DNA of 7,462 nucleotides from Oopsacas minuta (Eukaryota; Animalia; Porifera): NCBI GenBank assembly GCA_024704765.1, contig JAKMXF010000189.1, forward strand, positions 1 through 7,462, written 5' to 3'. Position numbers and translations under genes: made by a program. Below the pieces are notes generated by a model, which made no database searches, was not told the DNA's origin, and worked only from the letters and a program-made list of their open reading frames with translations. This document shows positions 7,426-7,462 of this stretch, piece after piece. Each line of letters begins with the position of its first letter. Within the stretch, counting starts at the first letter, position 1.

Positions 7426-7462
7426 GAATCCTTAATTAAGATAATTATGTTATAAGTAAATC

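Overview
AT-rich eukaryotic DNA, probably from an invertebrate animal (inferred from the spliceosomal signals and transposon families; the taxon cannot be fixed from sequence alone). It reads as long introns filled with decayed DNA transposons around one intact host exon. From left to right: (1) a frameshifted hAT/Buster (ZBED5/ZBED8/SCAND3-like) transposase pseudogene (~194-1901) with its 3' TIR ending at 2021; (2) a second hAT-like end at 2213; (3) an intact 303-nt phase-2/phase-2 exon (2637-2939) encoding quasi-RRM sequence most like ESRP/fusilli within the hnRNP F/H superfamily; (4) a ~1.78-kb Mutator-like element (3062-4844) with ~170-bp TIRs built from 15-bp repeats and a dead minus-strand transposase; (5) a GC-rich hairpin at ~4927-5006; (6) two related class II terminus-like motifs (5315, 6059) and a palindrome array; (7) a frameshifted Myb/SANT-like ORF of the PIF/Harbinger type (~6659-7425). 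Most ORFs in the supplied track are fragments or antisense shadows of these pseudogenes. I found no convincing new biological system. The most notable structure is the MULE, whose TIRs extend over the transposase stop codon. All identities and homologies were judged by eye, not by database search.
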